Assembly: GCA_034670305.1 (NCBI GenBank)
Contig: JAXMNT010000008.1
Span: forward strand, 32,001-96,000
DNA from: Deltaproteobacteria bacterium
Lineage (GTDB): Bacteria > Myxococcota_A > Polyangia > Polyangiales > Houyiibacteriaceae
Direction: 5' to 3'
Length of the DNA stretch: 64,000 nt
Both the position numbers and the translations under genes were made by a program. Below the pieces are notes generated by a model, which was given only the letters and a program-made list of their open reading frames with translations, did no database searches and was not told the origin of the DNA. Positions 11,689-22,107 of the stretch are shown piece after piece (the first letter of the stretch is position 1; the number at the start of each line of letters is the position of its first letter).

Positions 11689-12393
11689 GTGAAGGACTCA
11701 GAGCACACCTTGCGAATCGACCCGATCCATTCCGAGCGGGTCACGCTCGCCGACGGTTCCGAGATCGTCCTGCAGAGCGTGACCCCCGCTGCGCGCGAGT
11801 CGCTGAAGAAGGGCTTCGAGCGCATGTCGCCGGACTCCCGGTACCTTCGTTTCTTCTCCGCCCGCCCGAGCCTCAGCGATGCGGAGTTGACCTACCTGAC
11901 GGAGGTCGACGGCATCGACCACGTGGCGATCGGCGCGCTTCGCGAGACCGAAGCAGGGGTCGAGGGCGTGGGGATCGCCCGCTTCGTGCGCGACCCGGAT
12001 GCACCGACCTGCGCGGAACCCGCCGTCGCGGTCATCGATGCAGAGCAGGGCCGGGGCATCGGAGGCATCCTGCTCGACCGGCTCATCGCAGCCGCCGTCG
12101 AACGGGGCATCACCCACTTCAGCGCCCCCGTCCTGGCGGACAACGCCACCATGAAGAACCTCCTGGGCAGCTACGCGGGCGTGCGCTGGACGGATGGGGA
12201 CGAACCGGGCGTTCGAGTGGCGCACGTGCCGCTGCGCCCCGGATTGCCGGAAGCCGAAGCCCCACCGACGGCCGCCCGGCCCAGTGCGCTGCTCAAGTCG
12301 CTCGGGTTCGCGGCCGGCAAAGTCGTCGAGTTCCCCATCGGGCGGGCCCTGTGGTCCGCGTTCACCGACGACGAGGGCGCGGACGAGGCCTAG
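11689..12393 (+). CDS. GNAT family N-acetyltransferase
   Basis: LADGSEIVL, SPDSRYLRFF, AVAVIDAEQGRGIG acetyl-CoA motif, VLADN; start uncertain. Confidence 0.85.
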   Translation: MKDSEHTLRIDPIHSERVTLADGSEIVLQSVTPAARESLKKGFERMSPDSRYLRFFSARPSLSDAELTYLTEVDGIDHVAIGALRETEAGVEGVGIARFVRDPDAPTCAEPAVAVIDAEQGRGIGGILLDRLIAAAVERGITHFSAPVLADNATMKNLLGSYAGVRWTDGDEPGVRVAHVPLRPGLPEAEAPPTAARPSALLKSLGFAAGKVVEFPIGRALWSAFTDDEGADEA

Positions 12394-12512
12394 CCCCGCC
12401 GTTCCGGGTCCGCTGAAAACGCGACCGATCGCGCGGAACGACCATGGATCGGGACCGCCATGGAAATATCGCTGTGACGAACGGCCCGTCTCGTGTCAGG
12501 AAGGGCCCCGTC

Positions 12513-14606
12513 ATGAAGGACCTCAGCAAATACCGCAACATCGGCATCTTCGCCCACGTGGACGCCGGCAAGACCACCACCACCGAGCGCATTCTCAAGC
12601 TCACCGGCAAGATCCACAAGATCGGCGAAGTTCACGATGGCGCTGCCACGACGGACTTCATGGAGCAGGAGCAGGAGCGTGGCATCACGATCCAGTCCGC
12701 TGCCACGACGTGCTTCTGGAAAGACCACCGGCTCAACATCATCGACACCCCCGGCCACGTCGACTTCACGATCGAAGTCTACCGCTCGCTGAAGGTGCTC
12801 GACGGTGGCGTCGGCGTCTTCTGCGGAAGCGGCGGCGTCGAGCCCCAGTCGGAGACGAACTGGCGCTACGCGAACGACTCCAAGGTCTCGCGCATCATCT
12901 ACGTGAACAAACTCGACCGCCTCGGCGCGGACTTCTACCGGGTCGTCGCCCAGGTGAAGAAGATCCTCGGTGCCAAGCCGCTCGTCATGGTGCTGCCGAT
13001 CGGGACCGAAGCCGACTTCGTCGGTGTCGTCGATCTGCTCACCCGCAAGGCGTACATCTGGGACGACTCCGGTCTGCCCGAGAACTTCGTCGTCGAAGAC
13101 GTGCCCGCCGACATGACGGACATCGTCGAGAAGTACCGCCAGGAACTCATCGAGACCGCGATCGAAGAAGACGACGACGTGATGGAGAAGTACCTCGAAG
13201 GCGAAGAGCCCTCGGTGGACACCATCAAGGCGTGCATCCGCAAGGGCACCCGCGACCTCTCGTTCTTCCCGACCTACTGCGGCTCGTCGTTCAAGAACAA
13301 GGGCGTGCAGCAGATCCTCGACGCCGTCGTCGACTACCTGCCCGCGCCGACCGAAGTGCCGCCGCAGCCGGAAGTCGACCTCGAGGGTGTCCCGACCGGC
13401 AAGTTCGCCAAGGTCGACAAGGACGGTCCCGTCCGCGCGCTCGCGTTCAAGATCATGGAGGACCGCTTCGGCGCCCTGACCTTCACGCGCGTCTACTCGG
13501 GCACGATCAAGAAGGGCGACACGCTCCTCAACACCGCGACGGGCAAGACCGAGCGCATCGGCCGCATGGTCGAGATGCACGCCGACGACCGGACGATGGT
13601 CGACGAGTGCCAGGCGGGCGACATCGTCGCGATCGTCGGGCTCAAGGCGGTCCGCACCGGCCACACCCTGTGTGACCAGAAGGACCCGGCCACGCTCGAA
13701 CCGATGGTCTTCCCGGCGCCGGTCATCTCGGTGGCCGTCATCCCGAAGGACAAGGCCAGCAGCGAGAAGATGAGCGTCGCGCTCGGCAAGATGGTTGCCG
13801 AGGACCCGAGCTTCCACGTCAACGTCGACGAGGAGTCCGGCGAGACGATCATCCGAGGCATGGGCGAACTCCACCTCGACATCAAGGTCGACATCTTGCG
13901 TCGTACCCACGGCGTCGAAGCCGAAGTCGGCAAGCCCCAGGTCGCCTACCGCGAGACGATCACCAAGGCGATCCAGGACAGCTACACCCACAAGAAGCAG
14001 ACCGGTGGTTCGGGTCAGTACGCGAAGATCGACTACACGATCGAGCCGCTCGAGGCCGGCGAAGGCTTTGTCTTCGAGTCCAAGGTCGTCGGTGGCCGCG
14101 TGCCGAAGGAGTACATCCCTTCGGTCGAGAAGGGCTTCAAGACGATGAAGGACAAGGGGCCGCTCTGTGGCTTCCCGCTCCTCGACTTCAAGCTCACCCT
14201 CACCGACGGTGGCTTCCACGCGGTCGACTCGTCGCAGATGGCTTTCGAGGCGGCCTCCCGCGCCGCGTTCCGCCAGAGCATGCCGAAGGCTGGTCCGCAG
14301 CTGCTCGAGCCGATCATGAAGGTCGACGTCTTCGTGCCGAGCGACAACGTCGGTGACGTCATCGGCGACCTCAACCGTCGACGCGGCATGGTCAGCGGCC
14401 AGGAGCCGGGTCACGCGAGCGTTCGGGTTAAGGCGGACGTCCCGCTCAGCGAGATGTTCGGCTACATCGGCGACCTCCGGTCCGCCACCTCCGGTCGCGG
14501 CCAGTTCTCCATGGAGTTCAGCCACTACGCACCGGTACCGGCGCACATCCTCGAGCAGGTGAAAGAGGAAGTCCGCAAGCGCGAAGAGGAGAAGGGCAAG
14601 AAGTAG
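12513..14606 (+). CDS. fusA: Elongation factor G, stand-alone copy outside the str operon
   Basis: [46 protein letters not shown]. Confidence 0.97.
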   Translation: MKDLSKYRNIGIFAHVDAGKTTTTERILKLTGKIHKIGEVHDGAATTDFMEQEQERGITIQSAATTCFWKDHRLNIIDTPGHVDFTIEVYRSLKVLDGGVGVFCGSGGVEPQSETNWRYANDSKVSRIIYVNKLDRLGADFYRVVAQVKKILGAKPLVMVLPIGTEADFVGVVDLLTRKAYIWDDSGLPENFVVEDVPADMTDIVEKYRQELIETAIEEDDDVMEKYLEGEEPSVDTIKACIRKGTRDLSFFPTYCGSSFKNKGVQQILDAVVDYLPAPTEVPPQPEVDLEGVPTGKFAKVDKDGPVRALAFKIMEDRFGALTFTRVYSGTIKKGDTLLNTATGKTERIGRMVEMHADDRTMVDECQAGDIVAIVGLKAVRTGHTLCDQKDPATLEPMVFPAPVISVAVIPKDKASSEKMSVALGKMVAEDPSFHVNVDEESGETIIRGMGELHLDIKVDILRRTHGVEAEVGKPQVAYRETITKAIQDSYTHKKQTGGSGQYAKIDYTIEPLEAGEGFVFESKVVGGRVPKEYIPSVEKGFKTMKDKGPLCGFPLLDFKLTLTDGGFHAVDSSQMAFEAASRAAFRQSMPKAGPQLLEPIMKVDVFVPSDNVGDVIGDLNRRRGMVSGQEPGHASVRVKADVPLSEMFGYIGDLRSATSGRGQFSMEFSHYAPVPAHILEQVKEEVRKREEEKGKK

Positions 14607-14649
14607 TTTCTTGCCTGCCCGGGCTTCGCGGCCCGGGATCAGAATTAGG

Positions 14650-14686
14650 AAGAGGGCTGCGATGATTCGCAGCCCTCTTTCGTTTT
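14650..14686 (+). terminator. Intrinsic terminator between fusA and a convergent small ORF
   Basis: AAGAGGGCTGCGA-tgat-TCGCAGCCCTCTT stem followed by TCGTTTT. Confidence 0.8.
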
Positions 14687-14700
14687 GGAGCTCTGCGCGG

Positions 14701-14853
14701 CTACTTCTTGCCCTTGGCTGCGCCCGGCTTCGCTGCTGCCGCGCCCTTGTTCTGGCTGGCCTGCTTGGCCTGGGCCTTGGACGCGCCGGCCTTCTTGGAC
14801 GCGTCTTTCTGTTTCTGGCCTTTGGACTTCGACTTGGGGGATTTGTCTCCCAT
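14701..14853 (-). CDS. Small Lys/Ala-rich basic protein (50 aa, MGDKSPKSKSKGQKQK...)
   Basis: GGAGG RBS 4 nt before the ATG, AAG-biased Lys codons, stop next to the terminator hairpin. Confidence 0.75.
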   Translation of the reverse strand: MGDKSPKSKSKGQKQKDASKKAGASKAQAKQASQNKGAAAAKPGAAKGKK

Positions 14854-14945
14854 GGAACCTCCGACTCGACGACACATGCCATCGGTGCTGGGCTGCAACA
14901 TCGCAACAACGGTGCAACTTGGCCAGCACGGCGTTGTGCGCTTGC

Positions 14946-15767
14946 TCAGTTCGGCTTCACCGCGCGCAGGCCGAGCATCATCGGAAGCTCGTCGGGAGCC
15001 GAGGGCAACCGCCACATGCCGTGGTCGCCTTGGACCATGCCGTGGTGGGGCAGCGGCTCCCAGTCGCAGTCGCGGTACTCGCGGATCTGCTCCAACCGAA
15101 GCCCGGCGTCGAGGATCGCCTGAACGACCTCGCCGACCCCGTGGTTCCAGCAGTAGGACTGGCGGTTCTTCAGGTCCGCGGTCTTGTCGGCGTAGCTGCC
15201 TTCGGTGTCGTCGCCGAGCGGCTCGGCGGTCTCGAAGTAGGGGTAGCGCACCGCGAGCACGCCATCGGTGCGGGTGTCGTCGATCGTATAGAGCATCGGG
15301 TGCATCTCGCGCACGACCAAGACACCGCCCGGCTTCAGCAGAGCGCTGACGACCTGCGCCCACGTCCGGATGTCGGGGAGCCACACCAGCGCGCCGACAC
15401 CGGTCACCACCCGGTCGTAGGTCTCCCCGAGCGCGTTCACGGCGTCGTAGACATCGGCGCACTCAAAGCGCGCCTCGAGCTCGGCGCGGGCCGCGAGCGT
15501 GCGGGCCGCCGCGACCGCTTCGGGGCTGAAATCGAGCCCGGTCGCCTCGGCGCCACGGCGCGCCCACCCGAGCGTGTCGAGCCCGAAGTGACACTGCAGG
15601 TGGGCCAGGCGCAGGCCGGCGACGTCTCCCATCAGGTCGAGGTCCGCGGGTTTGAGTGGGCAGTCGCCGGCAAGAAACGCGTCGACACCGTAGAAGGCGC
15701 TGCCGACGTGGGTGGTGACGCGCTCGTCCCAGTGCAAGCGGTTGGCGCGTTTGTACTCGTCGGTCAT
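14946..15767 (-). CDS. Class I SAM-dependent methyltransferase
   Basis: [23 protein letters not shown]. Confidence 0.9.
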   Translation of the reverse strand: MTDEYKRANRLHWDERVTTHVGSAFYGVDAFLAGDCPLKPADLDLMGDVAGLRLAHLQCHFGLDTLGWARRGAEATGLDFSPEAVAAARTLAARAELEARFECADVYDAVNALGETYDRVVTGVGALVWLPDIRTWAQVVSALLKPGGVLVVREMHPMLYTIDDTRTDGVLAVRYPYFETAEPLGDDTEGSYADKTADLKNRQSYCWNHGVGEVVQAILDAGLRLEQIREYRDCDWEPLPHHGMVQGDHGMWRLPSAPDELPMMLGLRAVKPN

Positions 15768-15847
15768 CGAGGATGGGTGCGCACGGTCGCGCCCCGACGC
15801 AACCGCCCGATTGCCAAACGACGCGCGATGCGCGAGACCCGGGTTCG

Positions 15848-16561
15848 ATGAGTGACGGTTCCCCTCCCCCGCTTCGGCGTCCTGTTGTTCCCGTCATGGC
15901 CCTTCGCGACGATCCGCCGCGGGTGCTCATGATCTACGGCTCGCTCCGGGAACGTTCCTACAGTCGGCTGCTCTCGGAGGAGGCCGGGCGCATCTTGACC
16001 GGGCTCGGCGCCGACGTGCGCTTCTTCGACCCGTCGGGGCTGCCGGTCAAAGCGCCCGAACACGAGGCCCACCCAGAGGTGGTGCGGCTGCGGGAGTGGT
16101 CGCTCTGGTCCGAAGCACACGTGTGGTGTTCGCCGGAGATGCATGGCGCCATCACCGGCGTGTTCAAGAACCAGATCGACTGGATCCCGCTCTCGATGGG
16201 CGCGGTGCGGCCCACCCAAGGGCGCACGCTCGCGGTCATGCAAGTGTGCGGCGGTTCGCAGTCCTTCAACGTCGTGAACACGCTCCGACTGCTGGGTCGG
16301 TGGATGCGCATGTTGACCATCCCGAACCAGTCGTCCGTGGCCAAGGCGTACCAGGAGTTCCACGACGACGGCACGATGAAGGACTCGCCCTACCGAGACC
16401 GCGTGGTCGATGTGATGGAGGAACTCTACAAGTTCACGATCCTCACGCGCGACATGCGCGACTTCTTGGTCGACCGCTACAGCGAGCGCCGCGAAGCGCT
16501 CGCGAAGCAGGCGCTCGATCCAGAGAACCCCAAACACCGGATCCCGGAAGACGGTCTGTAA
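15848..16561 (+). CDS. arsH: Arsenical resistance flavoprotein ArsH
   Basis: [53 protein letters not shown]. Confidence 0.93.
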   Translation: MSDGSPPPLRRPVVPVMALRDDPPRVLMIYGSLRERSYSRLLSEEAGRILTGLGADVRFFDPSGLPVKAPEHEAHPEVVRLREWSLWSEAHVWCSPEMHGAITGVFKNQIDWIPLSMGAVRPTQGRTLAVMQVCGGSQSFNVVNTLRLLGRWMRMLTIPNQSSVAKAYQEFHDDGTMKDSPYRDRVVDVMEELYKFTILTRDMRDFLVDRYSERREALAKQALDPENPKHRIPEDGL

Positions 16562-16592
16562 GACGCGCGCACGCTGGCGGACGCGGGGGCGG

Positions 16593-17744
16593 TCAGGCGA
16601 GCAGGTACGCCGTCTCTGGGTTCTCGCGGCGCCAGATCACGGCGTCCATGAAGTAGTGGTGCAGGTTCACGAACGCGTGGATCGCCGCGAAGTAGGGCGT
16701 CGGTCCCAGGTCGCCGAGTCCTGCGTCCGGCAATACGAACGCATCGAGGGACATCGGCAATCCGCGGAGCAAGAGTCCACCGAGCAGCGCCGCAGAGATG
16801 GCGAGCATCGCGAGCCGCGTCTTGCGCGAGGTGCCGAACCAGGGCGGGCCTTCGCGTTCCGCGGCTTCGTTGCCGCGCATCAGCCGGACGAAGTAGAGGT
16901 ACTGCAGCGAGTGCATCGCGGGCAACGCGTACCGAACCATGGGATCGGCCGCCGAGAAGATGAGCCAGAGCCAGATGCTGGCGAGCAGTGCGGTCAGCGG
17001 TGTGAGGAGCGGCAGCGCACCGTCTCTGCGCCACTTCCGCACCAAGACGAACCCGAGCCACAGCCCGGTGCCGATCGTGGCCGCGAGCGCGACCGGCTCC
17101 ATCCACGCCGCGTGGGGCAGCGAGTCGTAGACGACGCCCTTCTCGAACCGCGCGCGCCCCGGATCGAATGGGTTCGCCCACGCGTAGCCCCAGCCCGCGT
17201 AGCAGTGCGCGAGGATCGCGCGGCGTTCGGACAGCGCGAACCGCACGCCGCGGCGTGCGCTCAGCACGACCATCACGCCGAAGCCCTGCTTCACGTAGTG
17301 CCAGCCGACGAGCAAGAACATCAGCTGGATCATCAGCCCGAGTGCGTGGGCCGAGCCGGCGGTCAGTGCCCACGCGCACCAGACGAAGAGCCCGGCCGGC
17401 ACGAGCACACCGGCGGCGAGGTACCGCAGGCGTTGCAACGGCGCGAACGCGTCGCCGAACAAACGAACGCGCGCGTCGCGGTAGAAGAGAAGGTACGTGA
17501 CGGCGAAGTGCGGATCGTTGAGTACGCGCGCGGCGTGAAAGAAGGTGAACCCGAAGACGAGCTCGCCGGTGTCGAGTCCCACGACGCCGCGCAGCGCCCA
17601 CGCGATCGGGAAGAGCAAGAGCGTCGCGCCACCCACGACGAGAAACTCCACCCACGGCCGGACCGGCGGCTGTGCGCGCGGCGTGTGCTCGATCGCTCCG
17701 GACGCGGGCGCAGGCAACTCGAGGGCGGTGGTCGACGAGGTCAC
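16593..17744 (-). CDS. Polytopic membrane protein with His-containing motifs, function unknown
   Basis: About 9 hydrophobic segments; NDPHF, WHYVKQ, HSLQY, NLHHYFMD. Confidence 0.8.
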   Translation of the reverse strand: MTSSTTALELPAPASGAIEHTPRAQPPVRPWVEFLVVGGATLLLFPIAWALRGVVGLDTGELVFGFTFFHAARVLNDPHFAVTYLLFYRDARVRLFGDAFAPLQRLRYLAAGVLVPAGLFVWCAWALTAGSAHALGLMIQLMFLLVGWHYVKQGFGVMVVLSARRGVRFALSERRAILAHCYAGWGYAWANPFDPGRARFEKGVVYDSLPHAAWMEPVALAATIGTGLWLGFVLVRKWRRDGALPLLTPLTALLASIWLWLIFSAADPMVRYALPAMHSLQYLYFVRLMRGNEAAEREGPPWFGTSRKTRLAMLAISAALLGGLLLRGLPMSLDAFVLPDAGLGDLGPTPYFAAIHAFVNLHHYFMDAVIWRRENPETAYLLA

Positions 17745-17771
17745 AGAAGTGCGTGTGTACCGCGGTTCGGG

Positions 17772-18638
17772 TCAGCGGGGTTGCACGCAGCTGGCGAGAA
17801 AGTCTGTGACGGCACGGACGTGCGGGACGTCGCGCAGATCTTCGTGCACGACGAGCCAGACTTCGCGGGGAGGGACGTCGGGTTCGGTGAGCGCCCGCAA
17901 GTTGCGACCCATGAACTGGGGCAAGAGGCCGATCACCGCCCCACTCTGAATCGCGCGCAAACAACCGGAGATGGTGCTCACCCGAAGCACAGGGCGTTTG
18001 CCGGCGAGCCGATCGAGCACCCACCGGTGTTCGGCCGTGCCGTCGAGTCGTTCGTCCAGCAGAACCAACGAGTGCCCGCGAAGCGAGGCGACGTCGGAGC
18101 CATGGCGCGCGATGTAGCTGTCGGTTCCGAAGAGCCCGAAGGGCGCCATGGCGACGCGCCGGCTCCGCACGTTCGCTTCCGTCGGTCGGTCGAGGCGCAG
18201 CGCGACGTCGGCGACGCGCTCTCCGATCGAGACGATGCGGGCTTGGGAACGGAGCACCAGATCGATGTCGGGATGCGCTTCGAAGAACTCGGCGAGGCGA
18301 GGCGCGATGAGGTGGGTGACGACGGTCTCGGCGGTGGAGACCACCACCTTGTGGGTTCCGTCCCGGTGCCGTGCGCCCGCCGATCGGCGGAGGTCGTCGA
18401 TCGCCCGCGCCACGTGCTGCGCCGCCGGCAACAGCTGCTCGGCGTCCGGGGTGAGCGAGACGCCGCCCGCGTGGCGGTGCAAGAGGCGCAGCCCGAACGA
18501 ACGCTCGAGCTTGGCCAGCCGGCGACTCACCGTCGCGGTGGAGCAGCCCGCCCGGGTCGCCGCACGGGCCAGCGATCCCTCTTCGGCCGCGTAGAGAAAC
18601 AGTCGCAGATCGTCCCAGCTCTCGTCTTCCTGACCCAT
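17772..18638 (-). CDS. LysR family transcriptional regulator
   Basis: WDDLRLF..GSLARAA..ATVSRRL HTH; VWLVVHEDLR. Confidence 0.93.
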   Translation of the reverse strand: MGQEDESWDDLRLFLYAAEEGSLARAATRAGCSTATVSRRLAKLERSFGLRLLHRHAGGVSLTPDAEQLLPAAQHVARAIDDLRRSAGARHRDGTHKVVVSTAETVVTHLIAPRLAEFFEAHPDIDLVLRSQARIVSIGERVADVALRLDRPTEANVRSRRVAMAPFGLFGTDSYIARHGSDVASLRGHSLVLLDERLDGTAEHRWVLDRLAGKRPVLRVSTISGCLRAIQSGAVIGLLPQFMGRNLRALTEPDVPPREVWLVVHEDLRDVPHVRAVTDFLASCVQPR

Positions 18639-18719
18639 CCACCAAGGATTGCACTGCTGCAACGCTGTATAAACTGAATGGCTATTCACATGGCGGCGCT
18701 GGGGCTCAACAGTGTTGTC

Positions 18720-19682
18720 ATGGAAACCACAGCACACTCAGTCGTTTCGTTGACGCAAAACAAGTTGGCCGATCGGCCGACCCAGCCGGTTCGGGAGGAC
18801 CAGAAGGAACGTTCCAGAGCGCCCGGGGGAGAGGCCGTCGAGTTCGAGACCGGGGACGGCTTCTTGCTCCGCGGCACCTACTTTCCAGCCGCCGATCCCG
18901 TCGCCACCGTGGTCGTGCATCCGGCCACGTCGGTCCCGGCCGGCTACTACCACCGGTTCGCGGCGTACCTGGCTTCGGAAGGACTCTCGACGCTGACCTA
19001 CGACCTGCGCGGGATGGGCAAGAGCAAACCTCGGACGCTGCGCGGCTTTCACGCCGACAAGATCGTCTGGGGCGAACAAGACATGAGCGCCGCGTTCGAG
19101 TGGCTCGAGGACCGGCATCCTGACCTGCCCCACTTCGTGGTGGGCCACTCGGTGGGCGGACAGTTTCAGGGCATCGCCAAGCGCCCCCAGGACATCGACG
19201 GACTCCTCTCGGTGGGGAGCGGGTTCGGATCGTGGATGACGATGCGCGCCCCCTACAAGTGGTTCGTCGCGCTCACCTGGTACGTGACGGTGCCACTGCT
19301 CACGCGCCTCTTCGGGTACCTGCCGTCCAAACGGTTGGGGTTCGGCGAGGACCTACCCGCCGCCGCCGCGCAGCAATGGGCCCGGTGGGGCAAACGCGCC
19401 AACTACTTCGCGGACGACTTCCGTCGACGCGACGGGTTCGTACGCTTCAACGCACCGTGGCTCGCGCTCCGCGCCACCGACGACGAAATCACGTCTCCGG
19501 AGAACGCGCAGGGCCTGTACGAGATGTACCCCTACGCGAAGATCGAAGAGCGGGTGCTCGACCCGAAGGACTTCGGCAAACGATCGATCGGCCACCTGAC
19601 CTTCTTCCGGCCCCAGAACGCCGACCTCTGGTCGATCGCCAGCGACTGGTTCCGCGCGCTCGCCCAAGCGCGGTCGAACTGA
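18720..19682 (+). CDS. Alpha/beta fold hydrolase
   Basis: TYDLRGMG, GHSVGG, GEDLP, catalytic D (TDDE) and H (IGH); start uncertain. Confidence 0.9.
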   Translation: METTAHSVVSLTQNKLADRPTQPVREDQKERSRAPGGEAVEFETGDGFLLRGTYFPAADPVATVVVHPATSVPAGYYHRFAAYLASEGLSTLTYDLRGMGKSKPRTLRGFHADKIVWGEQDMSAAFEWLEDRHPDLPHFVVGHSVGGQFQGIAKRPQDIDGLLSVGSGFGSWMTMRAPYKWFVALTWYVTVPLLTRLFGYLPSKRLGFGEDLPAAAAQQWARWGKRANYFADDFRRRDGFVRFNAPWLALRATDDEITSPENAQGLYEMYPYAKIEERVLDPKDFGKRSIGHLTFFRPQNADLWSIASDWFRALAQARSN

Positions 19683-19782
19683 TCCGCGCGTGCAAGGCGT
19701 CCACGCACGCACCGCACACACGCATCGGAGGCTTCCACGAGCGTCTGTATGCGGCTCGCCCGATCACACGGGTCTACACCGT

Positions 19783-20664
19783 TCATGGCAAGCGCGGCCG
19801 CGCCGACGCACCCGCGAGCAGCGGGGCCATCTCCTCGAGCCGGGGCAGGAGCAGGTCCACCATCGCCCGCACCCGCGCAGAGCGTTTGAGGTCGGCGTGG
19901 ATCAAGAGCCAGAAGTCTGCCGAAGCTTCGGGGATCGGCGATCCGACCCGCTCGAGACTTGGGGTCGGGTCGCCCAGGTAGCAGGGCAATAGCCCGAGCG
20001 CGCGTGTGCACGTGAGCACTCGGTGCATCGCGCCCACCGACGAGACCTCGAGCAAGACCGGAACGTTCGCATGGTGCTTCCGGCGCCATGCCGATGCCGC
20101 CGCCGGGCCCGAACCCTCGGAGTAGATCACCCATGGGAGATCCGGTTCGGTCGACGGGCCGTACACGCACCACGCGATCGTCCCGACCTTGCGTCCGACC
20201 GCGGTCAGCGGCGGTTCGTTGCTCGGCCTCAGCGCGAGGTCGGCATCGGAACCGAGATCGAGGATGCGATCGTCCGCCCGCAAGATCGGGCGCAACCCGG
20301 GCGCCAGTTCGCGTACGCGCACCAGCTGCGGCGTCACGATCGGGAGCAATGACTCGGGAAGCGTGATCGTGACCGGACCGACCGCACTTCGGTCGTGGCC
20401 CAGCACGCCGCGTTGCGCCGCCAGCACCGCTTCCTCCACCTGCTCGGCGAGCGGAAGCAGCGCTTCGCCAACGCCAGTGAGCGCGTAGCCACGCGGGTCT
20501 CGTTCAAACAGCGTGGTGCCAAGCGCTTCTTCCAAGGCCGCGATCCGGCGGTGGACCGTGGACGCGTTCACCCCCAGTCGGGAAGCGGCGGCGGCCAGCG
20601 TCCCTGCCCGGGCAACGGCGAGAAACGCTGGCAAGTCGTCCCATCGCACATCCGAGCCTTGCAT
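19783..20664 (-). CDS. LysR family transcriptional regulator
   Basis: WDDLPAFLAVAR.GTLAAAA..STVHRRI HTH; FWLLIHADL. Confidence 0.93.
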   Translation of the reverse strand: MQGSDVRWDDLPAFLAVARAGTLAAAASRLGVNASTVHRRIAALEEALGTTLFERDPRGYALTGVGEALLPLAEQVEEAVLAAQRGVLGHDRSAVGPVTITLPESLLPIVTPQLVRVRELAPGLRPILRADDRILDLGSDADLALRPSNEPPLTAVGRKVGTIAWCVYGPSTEPDLPWVIYSEGSGPAAASAWRRKHHANVPVLLEVSSVGAMHRVLTCTRALGLLPCYLGDPTPSLERVGSPIPEASADFWLLIHADLKRSARVRAMVDLLLPRLEEMAPLLAGASARPRLP

Positions 20665-20744
20665 TATCGCAAGACTACCATGCGTTCTGCCACCTTGCTC
20701 ACTCATCTGCGCAAGCACATTCTGAGCGTCAGGAGGCACGGACG

Positions 20745-21428
20745 ATGATCACCATTCGACGCAGCGAAGAACGAGGACACGCGAACCACGGCTGGTTGGA
20801 CAGCCACCACACGTTCAGTTTTGCGGGCTACTACGACCCGCGCTTCATGGGCTTCGGCCCGCTTCGGGTCATCAACGAAGACCGCGTGGACGCCGGTCGC
20901 GGCTTCGGCACCCACCCTCACCAGAACATGGAGATCATCTCCTACGTGGTGCACGGGGCACTCGCCCACCAGGACAGCACTGGCTCGGGCGGCGTCGTGC
21001 ACCCGGGTGAGGTCCAGATCATGTCGGCCGGCCGCGGCGTGCGGCACAGCGAGATGAACGGCAGCCAAGCCGAGCCCGTCCACTTCCTCCAGATCTGGAT
21101 CGAACCGTCCGAGACGGGCACCGAGCCGAACTACGCGGAACGCTTCTTCGAGCGCACCCCTGGGGCCACGTTGCTCGTGAGTCCCGACGGTCGAGAGGAC
21201 AGCCTGCACATCCGACAGGACGCGGACCTGTACCGCGTCTTGCTCTCGCCCGGGACCACCGAGCCCCTCGCGCTGCGCAAAGACCGCGCCTGGGTGCAGG
21301 TCGTCTCCGGCACCGTGACCGTGGATGGAACCGAGCTGCGGGCGGGCGACGGCGCCGCCCTCACCGACACCCAGTCGCTCACGCTCTCGAGCGACGCCGA
21401 AGCCGAGCTCCTCGTCTTCGATCTCTGA
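20745..21428 (+). CDS. Pirin family protein (YhhW-like)
   Basis: HGWLDSHHTFSF, GFGTHPH, MSAG.GVRHSE, LQIW. Confidence 0.95.
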   Translation: MITIRRSEERGHANHGWLDSHHTFSFAGYYDPRFMGFGPLRVINEDRVDAGRGFGTHPHQNMEIISYVVHGALAHQDSTGSGGVVHPGEVQIMSAGRGVRHSEMNGSQAEPVHFLQIWIEPSETGTEPNYAERFFERTPGATLLVSPDGREDSLHIRQDADLYRVLLSPGTTEPLALRKDRAWVQVVSGTVTVDGTELRAGDGAALTDTQSLTLSSDAEAELLVFDL

Positions 21429-21513
21429 AACCTGCCGGGCCGCGGCGACGCGGTCCGTCTTCGAACCAGGGTTCACCGGTGGTGGGCCCGACCCAACCTA
21501 CGAAAGAACGGTC

Positions 21514-22056
21514 ATGACCCAACTGAAGATCCTCGGCCTCTCCGGCTCGCTCCGAAAAGACAGCACCAACACAGCCCTGCTCCGCGCGGCCGCTGAGCTC
21601 GCCCCCGATGGCGTGTCGCTCGACCTCTACGACTACCGAGATGTGCCGCTCTACGACGGCGACCTGCCCGAACAAGGGTCGGTCGAGGCGCTCAAGGCGG
21701 CCATCGGTGCAGCCGACGCCGTGCTCATCGCCACGCCCGAATACAACTACAGCGTCTCTGGCGTGCTCAAGAACGCGATCGACTGGGCCAGCCGGCCGGC
21801 CTACGAGTCGGTCTTCCGGAACAAGCCGACCGGTGTCGTCTCTGCGGCTGCGAGTTTCGCGGGCGGCGCGCGGGCTCAGCAGCACCTCAAGACGATCCTG
21901 CTCGGCATGGGCACGCCGGTGTTCCCGTGGCCCGAGCTGCTGGTCGCGGGCGCGCACAAGAAGTTCACCGACGGCAAACTCACGGACGAGACGACCGCGA
22001 AGTTCCTCGGGGAGTACCTGGCCGGCTTCGCGCCATGGGCCGCCGCCCAGCGCTGA
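21514..22056 (+). CDS. NADPH-dependent FMN reductase (ChrR-like)
   Basis: GSLRKDSTN, ATPEYNYS..GVLKNAIDWASRP. Confidence 0.93.
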   Translation: MTQLKILGLSGSLRKDSTNTALLRAAAELAPDGVSLDLYDYRDVPLYDGDLPEQGSVEALKAAIGAADAVLIATPEYNYSVSGVLKNAIDWASRPAYESVFRNKPTGVVSAAASFAGGARAQQHLKTILLGMGTPVFPWPELLVAGAHKKFTDGKLTDETTAKFLGEYLAGFAPWAAAQR

Positions 22057-22107
22057 GCCCGGCGCTGATCGCCCCGTGTCGGTGCGCGCCTCCCGAGCGT
22101 CGGTCGC

